A program made the translations under genes and the position numbers. A stretch of DNA of 64,000 bases from Candidatus Omnitrophota bacterium (GTDB taxonomy: Bacteria > Omnitrophota > Gorgyraeia > Gygaellales > Profunditerraquicolaceae), in the NCBI GenBank assembly GCA_040754255.1, contig JBFMDA010000001.1, positions 2,535 through 66,534 on the forward strand. The letters are read 5' to 3'. Every line of letters begins with the position of its first letter. Positions within the stretch are counted from its first letter, which is position 1. The notes under the pieces were generated by a model. The model saw only the letters and a list, made by a program, of their open reading frames with translations. It made no database searches and was not told the DNA's origin. This document shows, in pieces, positions 38,564 to 46,475 of this stretch.

Positions 38564-39139
38564 ATGGATAAGAAAGATATCTACGAACACTTAGCAAAGA
38601 TTTACCTCGACGCTTCCCAGAAATCTCACCCCCGAAAGGGAAGAAGAGGTAAGCAGCCTTCGAAGCTCTTCAAAAATCTCTTTTTTGTAAGCCTCGCCCT
38701 CGTTGTCATCCTAAGCGGCCTATTAGCGTTTAGCGCATATCAGAAACCCTCTCTTAACTCAAGACTTGCGCTCGTGCTTAAGCCCGATGTTGCTGTGCTT
38801 AACTTCAGCTTCGGCCCGGTAAAAAAAGAAATCTTCTCAATAGATTTAAAAGGCATGGATATTGCCCGGTTTAGGATTTTGAGCTTTGACGTAAGAAAGA
38901 AGAATTATTCCGATAACGTGGCGCTGAGGATCGAATTCACCAACGCCTATCAGGAGAAATCAGAAGTCTACCTCAAAGATATCTCGCATAAATGGAAAAG
39001 CTATAAAATCAACCTTTCTGATTTTAAGAAGATAAGCGACTGGTCGGTGATGTTTGCGTTAAATTTTATGATTGAGGAATGGAACGCAAAAGGCGAACGG
39101 GTCCTGGTATACCTGGACAATGTAAGCCTGCAAAGATAA
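38564..39139 (+). CDS. Single-TM protein with a CBM11/CIA30-like carbohydrate-binding beta-sandwich
   Basis: LSFDVR...LRIEF...WKSYKINLSDF...DW...VYLDNV pattern. Confidence 0.6.
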   Translation: MDKKDIYEHLAKIYLDASQKSHPRKGRRGKQPSKLFKNLFFVSLALVVILSGLLAFSAYQKPSLNSRLALVLKPDVAVLNFSFGPVKKEIFSIDLKGMDIARFRILSFDVRKKNYSDNVALRIEFTNAYQEKSEVYLKDISHKWKSYKINLSDFKKISDWSVMFALNFMIEEWNAKGERVLVYLDNVSLQR

Positions 39140-39155
39140 AAAAGGAGGAGGCCAA

Positions 39156-40235
39156 ATGCGGATAATTGCCATAACTAATCAGAAAGGCGGTTGCGGAAAA
39201 ACAACTACTGCCCTTAATTTAGCCGCATGCCTGGCAGCAAACAATAGAAAAGTCCTTCTCATAGACCTTGACCCGCAGTCACACGCAACGTTAGGGTTAA
39301 ACGTGGCAGCGGACTTAAGTATGTATAATGTGCTCTCTAAGGTCACTCCTCAAAAAGCAAAACTGAACGACATTATCCAAAACATTAGCCCTAATTTTGA
39401 TTTGGCCCCCTCAAGCGTCGTATTAAGCATTCTTGAGCAGGAGCTTGCCGGCGAAATAGGCAGGGAATCGCAGTTGTGGGAACTATTCAATGAGTTCCAG
39501 GGCGATTATAATTATATCCTGATTGACTGCCCGCCGAACCTCGGGCTTCTTACGGTGAATGCGATCCGCGCCACTAGCGAGATACTCATACCGGTTGAGG
39601 CAAGCAGGTTTTCTCTGGAAGGCTTAAGCCAGCTTCTGGATATCATTAACCTCATCCGCGAACGGCTTAACCATACGGTCAACTACCGTGTATTGGTGGC
39701 CAATTTCGACTCGCGGCTGCGCCATTCCTTCACTATGCTGGAAAAGATCAAATCAACCTTTAACAGGAAGCTTTTCTCAACCATTATCCATGTGAACGTA
39801 AAATTAAAAGAGGCGCAAAACCACGGCACGCATATCCTCAATTATGATAAGTATTCCCGGGGTGCCAAGGATTATTCTACCCTTGCCCGCGAACTCATCA
39901 TGGAGGAATACATCCCGGAAGCTACCGCGCTCCTTGAGGGGAAAATGAGGGAAGCGCTGCAGCAGGAAATCAAGCACCTCTCGGAAGTTGCGTTCTACTT
40001 CAAGGACCCCCAGGCAAAAGAGGTGTATATTGCAGGGGATTTCAACAACTGGAAAACAGACGAAAGCAGCCGCATGGAGTTCCAGGACGACGGCACCTGG
40101 ATTAAGAAAATGGCGCTGTTTCCGGGCCGTTACCGCTACCGCTTCGTTGCAGATGGCCGCTGGATAGAAGACCCGCGCAATCCCGCGCGCGTCATGAATC
40201 CCTACGGCCAGATGGATTCGTTGGTTGAAATCTAA
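39156..40235 (+). CDS. ParA/Soj ATPase fused to a C-terminal glycogen-binding CBM48/AMPK-beta-like domain
   Basis: NQKGGCGKTTT, IDLDPQ, IDCPP; C-terminal VYIAGDFNNW...GTW...PGRYRYRFVADGRWIEDP.NP...NPYG. Confidence 0.9.
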   Translation: MRIIAITNQKGGCGKTTTALNLAACLAANNRKVLLIDLDPQSHATLGLNVAADLSMYNVLSKVTPQKAKLNDIIQNISPNFDLAPSSVVLSILEQELAGEIGRESQLWELFNEFQGDYNYILIDCPPNLGLLTVNAIRATSEILIPVEASRFSLEGLSQLLDIINLIRERLNHTVNYRVLVANFDSRLRHSFTMLEKIKSTFNRKLFSTIIHVNVKLKEAQNHGTHILNYDKYSRGAKDYSTLARELIMEEYIPEATALLEGKMREALQQEIKHLSEVAFYFKDPQAKEVYIAGDFNNWKTDESSRMEFQDDGTWIKKMALFPGRYRYRFVADGRWIEDPRNPARVMNPYGQMDSLVEI

Positions 40236-40248
40236 GCCCATATTCTGT

Positions 40249-40303
40249 TTCGCTTGACGCGATACGCTATACGCAATACGCTATACGCGATACGCTATAC
40301 GAA
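40249..40303 (+). repeat. Family A heptamer array ending TACGAA fused to the RBS
   Basis: gacgcga tacgcta tacgcaa tacgcta tacgcga tacgcta tacgaa aaggagg. Confidence 0.9.
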
Positions 40304-40315
40304 AAGGAGGCCGGC

Positions 40316-40780
40316 ATGGCGAAAAAGAAAAAACCTGCGAAAAAGAAAATACCTGCCTTAAAGAAGAAAGCTCTAAAACGAAAACCAGTTCGTAAATCCC
40401 GCCCTAAGCCTAAATCGAAATCGCGGCCTAAGCCTCAACCTCGGCCTAAGTCTCGACCTAAACCTCGACCTAAGCCTAAGTCTAGATCAAAATTGAAGGG
40501 GCGTCCTCAGCCTAAACCTAAGCCTAAGAAGTTAGATAAGGATGCGGTCGGCATCATCACCCACTATTTCCCGCACGTGCGCGCAGCAGTCTTTAAAGCT
40601 GAACAGCCCTTAGCCGTAGGGGATATGATAAAGATTAAAGGCCATACTACCGACTTTATGCAAAAGGTGGCCTCTATGCAGATAGATAGGACACCTATCA
40701 CCGTTGCCAAAAAAGGCGATGAGATCGGCCTTCAGGTCGAATCCCGCGTCCGCAGGAAAGATATAGTATATAAACTCTAA
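40316..40780 (+). CDS. Lys/Pro-rich N-terminus + translation-factor-like beta-barrel protein
   Basis: VGIITHYFPHV...L.VGD.IKIKGHTTDF.QKV.SMQID...KKGDEIGL...RVRRKDIVYK. Confidence 0.8.
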   Translation: MAKKKKPAKKKIPALKKKALKRKPVRKSRPKPKSKSRPKPQPRPKSRPKPRPKPKSRSKLKGRPQPKPKPKKLDKDAVGIITHYFPHVRAAVFKAEQPLAVGDMIKIKGHTTDFMQKVASMQIDRTPITVAKKGDEIGLQVESRVRRKDIVYKL

Positions 40781-40793
40781 GCAGCTACTTGCT

Positions 40794-40854
40794 GCCTTAG
40801 CCTAAACCTTGACCTTTCTAGGCCTCAACCTAAGCCTAAACCTTAACGAACGAA
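40794..40854 (+). repeat. Family B CCT-hexamer array ending AACGAA
   Basis: ccttag cctaaa ccttga ccttt... cctcaa cctaag cctaaa cctt aacgaa. Confidence 0.75.
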
Positions 40855-40891
40855 GCCTAGGCATAATGTAATTCTAACAAAGGAGGAAGCT

Positions 40892-41143
40892 ATGATGATG
40901 TCCGGAGTCAGCCAGGGGCTTTACCTGCTGTGTTTTGGCTTGGGGTACTTTGTCCTATATGTTGCCAGAAAATCAGAGAAAGGCCTTGCCTTTTTAGGCT
41001 ACTTTGCAGGCACCTTTCTGATGGTCGTGAGCATGCTTTTATTTGTCACCAGCCTCTTTGAGATAAACGACCTTATGTCAATGCCTATGCCGCGCATACA
41101 TCATTTCAAAATGATGATGCCGCCTTGCCCGATGTTTAGGTAA
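40892..41143 (+). CDS. Small two-TM protein with Met/His/Pro-rich tail
   Basis: AAGGAGG RBS; two hydrophobic segments. Confidence 0.7.
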   Translation: MMMSGVSQGLYLLCFGLGYFVLYVARKSEKGLAFLGYFAGTFLMVVSMLLFVTSLFEINDLMSMPMPRIHHFKMMMPPCPMFR

Positions 41144-41152
41144 TTATATATA

Positions 41153-41234
41153 GGGACGCTTCTCTTTAACACTAGACTGGGACGGTTCTCTCCAGACAGT
41201 TCCAACATGCTGCCCCACGAGAACCGTCCCATCT
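41153..41234. repeat. REP-like 13-bp inverted repeat with an extra partial copy
   Basis: TGGGACGGTTCTC 41178-41190 / GAGAACCGTCCCA 41219-41231; GGGACGCTTCTC at 41153. Confidence 0.7.
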
Positions 41235-41353
41235 TATTGTTTCCCTCCGTAAACATAGCTACCCCTGATAATGTTTATCTATCCCAACATCCAACCGTAA
41301 ATATTATGTCATCCTGCCATAAATCATAACTTTTTGTGTTTTTTCTTGTTTAT

Positions 41354-41410
41354 TTTCAATATGTTACAACAATTAACCTATACCGGGTTTAAACTGGCAC
41401 GGAAACTGCT
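41354..41410 (+). promoter_or_regulatory. Sigma-54 (-24/-12) promoter with an upstream IHF-like site
   Basis: TGGCACGGAAACTGCT 41395-41410 has GG-N10-GC spacing; tttcaatatgtta is near the WATCAANNNNTTR consensus. Confidence 0.72.
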
Positions 41411-41612
41411 AGTATAGTATTGTCTCGGAAGCACTATGACAAACATAGACATATTAGGACAACAAAATAGCTGCTGTGCGAATTAATTTGAGCACCTATA
41501 GTTTTTATCTAGCGAAATCCTTGCGTATTATGCAAGGACATTCGCGAACGCAGTGAGCGGGGATATGACCTTAACCTCAACCTATTATAACTAAGCGTAG
41601 GAGGAAAGCGAA

Positions 41613-41837
41613 GTGACTAACAATATCAAGTTCATGAGCATCACCGAAGTTGCAGACAGGATCGGCGTAACGCCTAAGACCATTGTCCGCTGGGAAAAGG
41701 CGGGCAAGGTAAAACGCTCCAAGCGCGACTGGCGCGGCTGGCGTGTATATGACAAAGAAGATTTCCTTAGGCTTAAGGAATTTAAAGAAACCATTATTTA
41801 TTTTGAGGAGGATGGAGATGGAAATGATAAAGAATAA
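41613..41837 (+). CDS. Small MerR-type HTH DNA-binding protein
   Basis: SITEVADRIGVTPKTIVRWEKAG...RDWRGWRVY; AGGAGG RBS before GTG. Confidence 0.88.
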   Translation: MTNNIKFMSITEVADRIGVTPKTIVRWEKAGKVKRSKRDWRGWRVYDKEDFLRLKEFKETIIYFEEDGDGNDKE

Positions 41838-42600
41838 TAAAATATTGTATGTATTTATAACTATCAGCCTTTTTGTAGCAAAGCCGGTTCTCGCTCAACA
41901 GAATCTCATGCAAACTCAAACATCATTCATCGAAAAGCAGGAAAAAGGCCTTTCCAGTACAGCCGTTGACAATTTAAATAATTTTGATCCTTTAACATAT
42001 TCGCTAGGGCCAGAGGATGTAGTTGAAATTACGGTAATGAACCATCCAGAATTTTCAGGAAAATATGCAATTAATCTTGACGGAATACTTCAATATAAAT
42101 TTGTCGGTGATATACAAGTAAAAGATCTCACGAAAAAAGAGCTTGAGGAAAAACTAAAATCGATAATCTCAGCATATGTCATTAATCCCTCAATTAACGT
42201 TACTGTTGTTGAATATAAAAGTAAAGTTATTTACGTGCTTGGCGAGGTGAAACAGCCAGGAAAATATTATATGCGTTCAGAAAGTATTCCTATCAGAGAA
42301 GCAGTGGTGCAGGCGGGGTTGCCTCTTCAATCTGCAGCTATGCGTAAATGCCGTATCATCACTCCTGACAAAAACGGCAGGGTAAAAACCCGCAGCGTTG
42401 ACCTCTATGCAGTATTGTATGGAGGAAACCTTAAGCTTAACTTAGAAATGCGCCCAGGAGACGTATTATATGTTCCTTGCACTATTATGGCAAAATTATT
42501 TAGAGTCATCAGCCCTGTAACCTCAACGGTTTCAGGAGCCGCTGCTGGCCCAGAAGGAGCAGCTACAGCTAAAACATCCGCAGCCACCTTAGCTCGATAA
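41818..42600 (+). CDS. wza: Polysaccharide export protein (Wza/OPX family)
   Basis: YSLGPEDVVEITV, DG...FVG.I, YVLGEVKQPG SLBB, PGDVLYVP; start is one of 41812/41818/41824. Confidence 0.85.
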   Translation: MEMIKNNKILYVFITISLFVAKPVLAQQNLMQTQTSFIEKQEKGLSSTAVDNLNNFDPLTYSLGPEDVVEITVMNHPEFSGKYAINLDGILQYKFVGDIQVKDLTKKELEEKLKSIISAYVINPSINVTVVEYKSKVIYVLGEVKQPGKYYMRSESIPIREAVVQAGLPLQSAAMRKCRIITPDKNGRVKTRSVDLYAVLYGGNLKLNLEMRPGDVLYVPCTIMAKLFRVISPVTSTVSGAAAGPEGAATAKTSAATLAR

Positions 42601-42623
42601 ACTATGAACTCCGAGCTATGAGC
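42601..42623 (+). repeat. Family D heptamers (CTATGAR/CTCCGAG)
   Basis: ctatgaa ctccgag ctatgag; same units at 44815-44842. Confidence 0.6.
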
Positions 42624-42644
42624 CAACACTACACAGGAGACGCA

Positions 42645-43946
42645 ATGGAAAATCAGATAAGTTCAAAATATCAAAATCCACTTGAATACTTAAAAATTTT
42701 GTTCCGGCGGAAATGGCTTTTTATAATTCCTATATTAATAGGACTAGTATTAAGCATTATTGCCTCCTTTGTTATTCCTCCTGTTTATCAATCGACTACG
42801 CTTATTCTTGTGGAGGAAGAAAAAATTATCAACCCTCTTATCCAAGGACTTGCTGTTTCTACAACGGCCTCGCAAAGAATGCAGACTATCCGAGAACAAC
42901 TTTTAGGGTGGAATAGCCTTGTCGATTTAACAAAAAGGCTGAATCTGGCTAAAGACATTGCTTCGCAACTTCAATTTGAAAACCTCATTTTCAGCTTAAG
43001 AAAGAATATTATTGTACAAATGAAGCAGCCTTTTGTTATTCAAATATCCTACTTTGGTAAAAACCCGGAACAAACAAAACTGGTAACAAAAACATTATCG
43101 GATATTTTAGTAAGTGAAAACATGCGTAAGCAAACTAAAGAAACCGATGTCGCCATAGATTTTATAAAAGGCCAACTCTTGGTATACAAACGTAAAATAA
43201 AAGAAGGAGAAATAGCTAATTTGGAAGATCAACTTCGAAAATTAATGGTCGATTCCACTGAAAATCACCCCATTGTGAAGGAACTAAAACAGAAGTTAGA
43301 AGTTGTAAAAAAAGAACTAGAAAGTGGCAATTACGAAGTCCAGAATATTCCGATTGCTAGTAATGATCCATCCTACCAAATACTAAAAGACGAGTTAGAT
43401 AAACTTATAAATAGAGATGCAGATCCGTCTAGCGCTTTAGCGTATGCTTCAGATAACAATGATCCGAATAAGTCAATTTACAAATTAATGTTGATGGACA
43501 AACTTGAATCCGTAGCTATTCAAGATAAAAACGTTAACGAAAAAATTTATAATATGTTACTGCAAAAACTTGAAACTGCTAAGATTACCCAGCGGCTAGA
43601 GGCTTCAAAACAAGGAACTAGATATACCATCATTGATCCTCCAAGACTTCCCCTCAAACCTGCAAAACCAAATAAGTTAATTGTAGTATTTTTGGGATTA
43701 TTTTTAGGAACTTGCACAGGAGCGGGTTTTGTATTTGGAAAAGAATTCCTCGACCAGTCATTTCTTGATATTGAAGATGTGAAAAACAGCCTAGAACTAC
43801 CCGTGCTAGGGGGGATATCGCGCATCACTACCACAGAAGAAATAAACAAAGAAAAATACAGAGTAAAGCAATGGCTAATAATCGGCAGTATCGCTGCAAC
43901 AGTGCTTATTATCAGCTCTGTGCTCTACGCGCTATTCAGGAAATAA
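42645..43946 (+). CDS. Polysaccharide co-polymerase / chain-length determinant (Wzz/GumC-like)
   Basis: YLKILFRRKW, PPVYQSTT, TENHP, IIDPP..P.KP.KPN, LELPVLGGI; AGGAG RBS before MENQ. Confidence 0.88.
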   Translation: MENQISSKYQNPLEYLKILFRRKWLFIIPILIGLVLSIIASFVIPPVYQSTTLILVEEEKIINPLIQGLAVSTTASQRMQTIREQLLGWNSLVDLTKRLNLAKDIASQLQFENLIFSLRKNIIVQMKQPFVIQISYFGKNPEQTKLVTKTLSDILVSENMRKQTKETDVAIDFIKGQLLVYKRKIKEGEIANLEDQLRKLMVDSTENHPIVKELKQKLEVVKKELESGNYEVQNIPIASNDPSYQILKDELDKLINRDADPSSALAYASDNNDPNKSIYKLMLMDKLESVAIQDKNVNEKIYNMLLQKLETAKITQRLEASKQGTRYTIIDPPRLPLKPAKPNKLIVVFLGLFLGTCTGAGFVFGKEFLDQSFLDIEDVKNSLELPVLGGISRITTTEEINKEKYRVKQWLIIGSIAATVLIISSVLYALFRK

Positions 43947-43996
43947 CCATTGACTATAGACTATTGACCATAGACCCATAGCGATAAGGATACGAA
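43947..43996 (+). repeat. Family C heptamer array ending TACGAA directly before ATG
   Basis: ccattgactatagac identical to 14777-14791; TACGAA 43991-43996. Confidence 0.8.
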
Positions 43997-45001
43997 ATGT
44001 ACGAAAAATTCTACGGATTTTCTGAAAAACCCTTTAATACCACGCCTGACTCAAAGTTCTTCTACCCAAGCGCCAAGCACACAGAAGCGTTGAATAGCCT
44101 CATCTACGCGATTAATGAGAAGAAGGGGTTCGTAGTGATAACTGGCGAGATAGGGGCGGGAAAGACCACGGTTTGCAGGGCCACCTTAAATAAACTCGAA
44201 CCTAACACAAAGGTTGCCTTGATTACTAATACAAACCTTACCTGCAAAGAACTCATTGCGCAGATTTTAGAGGAATTTGAGGTTGAGTATAAGCCAGGCA
44301 CAAAACAAAAACTCCTGTCTCAGCTTAATCACTACCTGATTCGTCAATTAGCTGCCGATATCAACCTCGTATTGATTATTGACGAAGCCCAGAACCTCAG
44401 CTCAAAAGTCCTGGAAGAAGTAAGGATGCTTTCTAATCTTGAAACAGAAAAAGAGAAGTTAATTCAGATTATCCTTCTCGGTCAGCCGCAGCTTAAAACA
44501 AAACTGCAGAACCCAAAACTTGAGCAGTTTCAACAGAGAATTTCGGTATATTATCATATCCCCGGATTGACCAAAGAAGAAACCCGAGACTATATTTTCC
44601 ACAGGCTAAAACTGGTAAGCTCAAACGGCGTTGATATATTCTCTCCGAAAGCCATGGATATGATTTACGCGTATTCCCGCGGCATCCCGCGCCTCATAAA
44701 CCTGGTTTGCGACAGCGCATTGCTTTCTGGGTACGTGTATGAAATTAGTAAAATCACGGAAAAGATTATTCACGAAGTCATTTCCGAGCGGGATCTTACT
44801 CTTTCGAGTGCTACCTCCGAGCTCCGAGCTATGAGCTCTGAGCTAGTCGCGGAACTGTATTGTTGTTCCGATTGTCAGCATTACCTGAATTGCGAAACTA
44901 AATGGCTCCGCGGCACCAAGGGCGAACCCCAGCTCTGCTGCCCCAAATGCCAGGACTACGATCGCTGTATAGAGAACGTAAAAAAAGTAAAGCTTAATTA
45001 A
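43997..45001 (+). CDS. ExeA-like AAA ATPase with C-terminal Cys-rich domain
   Basis: MYEKFYGFSEKPF, GEIGAGKTT, IIDEAQNL, GIPRLINLVCD; two CCxxCxxYxxC motifs. Confidence 0.9.
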   Translation: MYEKFYGFSEKPFNTTPDSKFFYPSAKHTEALNSLIYAINEKKGFVVITGEIGAGKTTVCRATLNKLEPNTKVALITNTNLTCKELIAQILEEFEVEYKPGTKQKLLSQLNHYLIRQLAADINLVLIIDEAQNLSSKVLEEVRMLSNLETEKEKLIQIILLGQPQLKTKLQNPKLEQFQQRISVYYHIPGLTKEETRDYIFHRLKLVSSNGVDIFSPKAMDMIYAYSRGIPRLINLVCDSALLSGYVYEISKITEKIIHEVISERDLTLSSATSELRAMSSELVAELYCCSDCQHYLNCETKWLRGTKGEPQLCCPKCQDYDRCIENVKKVKLN

Positions 45002-45043
45002 CGCACATGAACGCAATACGCTATACGCAATACGCTATACGAA
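45001..45043 (+). repeat. Family A heptamer array ending TACGAA
   Basis: aacgcaa tacgcta tacgcaa tacgcta tacgaa. Confidence 0.88.
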
Positions 45044-45064
45044 AAACTAAAGGAGACTACAAAA

Positions 45065-45853
45065 ATGGGTAAGATAACTGACGCACTACGCAAAGCCGCC
45101 CAAGAACGCCTCTCGCGCATTGAGAAGCTGGATAAGGCAGAAGATGTAAAATATCAGTTTGTTGCCAAGAAGACGGTTGATTCCAAGTTTGACCCGCGCA
45201 TTGTCACGTTTTACGAGCCAAAATCAACTGTTTCTGAACAATATAGGACATTACGAACCAATCTACAATCCCAGAACCCGAAAAACCCGGTAAGGGCAAT
45301 TACCATAACCAGCTCAACGCATTCGGAAGGAAAAACTATTACTGCAATCAACCTGGCAATTTCCATGGCAAAAGATCTTAACAAAAAACAAATACTGCTA
45401 GTGGATGCTGACTTGCGCCGCGCAAGTATGAGTAAATATTTAGGCGTTAAGGCAGAACTTGGGCTTGCAGACCTAATATCGAACGGAACAAATATGGATG
45501 ATACATTGCTTAATTTGGGGATAGACAACTTAACTTTTCTGCCTGCCGGTAAATCTTCGCATAACCCAGCAGAGTTATTTGCGTCAGATAAACTTCCAAA
45601 ATTGATTTCTCAATTAAAAACCAAATACGACTACCTCATATTTGATACCCCGCCCATAATACCCGTAACCGACGCAGGGCTTCTGGGAGCCCAAACTGAT
45701 GGAGTAATTATGGTTATCCAGGCAGAACGGACCCAGAAGGGAGTAGTCAAGCATAGCGAAGGCCTCCTCAAGCAGGCACAAGCCCGGCTTCTCGGTTACA
45801 TCCTGACCAATATCCAGTATCATATCCCGGGATATATTTATCGCTACCTTTAA
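45065..45853 (+). CDS. BY-kinase (CpsD/CapB family tyrosine kinase)
   Basis: SEQYRTLRTNL, SEGKT, VDADLRR, FDTPP, Tyr-rich C-terminus YHIPGYIYRY. Confidence 0.92.
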   Translation: MGKITDALRKAAQERLSRIEKLDKAEDVKYQFVAKKTVDSKFDPRIVTFYEPKSTVSEQYRTLRTNLQSQNPKNPVRAITITSSTHSEGKTITAINLAISMAKDLNKKQILLVDADLRRASMSKYLGVKAELGLADLISNGTNMDDTLLNLGIDNLTFLPAGKSSHNPAELFASDKLPKLISQLKTKYDYLIFDTPPIIPVTDAGLLGAQTDGVIMVIQAERTQKGVVKHSEGLLKQAQARLLGYILTNIQYHIPGYIYRYL

Positions 45854-45857
45854 TTTT

Positions 45858-45912
45858 TACTCAATACGCAACGCGCAATACGCTATACGCAATACGCGAT
45901 ACGCAATACGAA
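45858..45912 (+). repeat. Family A heptamer array ending TACGAA
   Basis: About 7 TACGCNA units; ATG follows 3 nt later. Confidence 0.88.
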
Positions 45913-45915
45913 AAA

Positions 45916-46440
45916 ATGAGCAAAACTATAAGCGAACTTAAACGATTACAAGAACACCGCCAAAACGGCAACAGTCACTCTACAAGTGACGCGTCGCAAC
46001 CTATAAACGCTGAACGTCGTGGGCAATACGCAATACGCAATACGCAATACGAAAAACGCCGTACCTACGCCGTACCCAGCGTTATTATGTATCTACTACT
46101 AACGCTCAACTTCGCTCTATCCCTCGGGCTATTGGCTTTATTCTATAGCTCAAGAACCGAACGCCAAACAACTCTAACCCAGCTTAATTCTACAATTCAG
46201 GCTATGGAACTCTCTAACGCAGCCTTACTAAGCTCGTTCACTAAAAAGTTCAATCAAGCGAGCGTCGAGATAGAAAAGGCGTCAAAGAGGACGGAGGAGA
46301 TGGGGGTAACTGTCAAAGAATTAAACAAGGAGCAAGAAGCGCAACGCTTTGCAATTGAAACCCTTACAAAAGCAAAAAATACACTGTTTAATAGAATAAA
46401 TTTATTAGAAGCAAATTTAAATTCTAAAAGTAACGAATAA
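45916..46440 (+). CDS. Single-TM coiled-coil protein containing an in-frame heptamer array
   Basis: caatacg x4 + aa at 46024-46053 encodes QYAIRNTQYE; TM then coiled coil. Confidence 0.7.
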   Translation: MSKTISELKRLQEHRQNGNSHSTSDASQPINAERRGQYAIRNTQYEKRRTYAVPSVIMYLLLTLNFALSLGLLALFYSSRTERQTTLTQLNSTIQAMELSNAALLSSFTKKFNQASVEIEKASKRTEEMGVTVKELNKEQEAQRFAIETLTKAKNTLFNRINLLEANLNSKSNE

Positions 46441-46475
46441 ATATTAGATAACTATTTATAGGTGTGCATTAAACA

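Noticed and set aside
12927-46053. CRISPR array interpretation of the repeats
   Set aside because: Units are 6-7 bp degenerate tandems without unique spacers; no cas genes.
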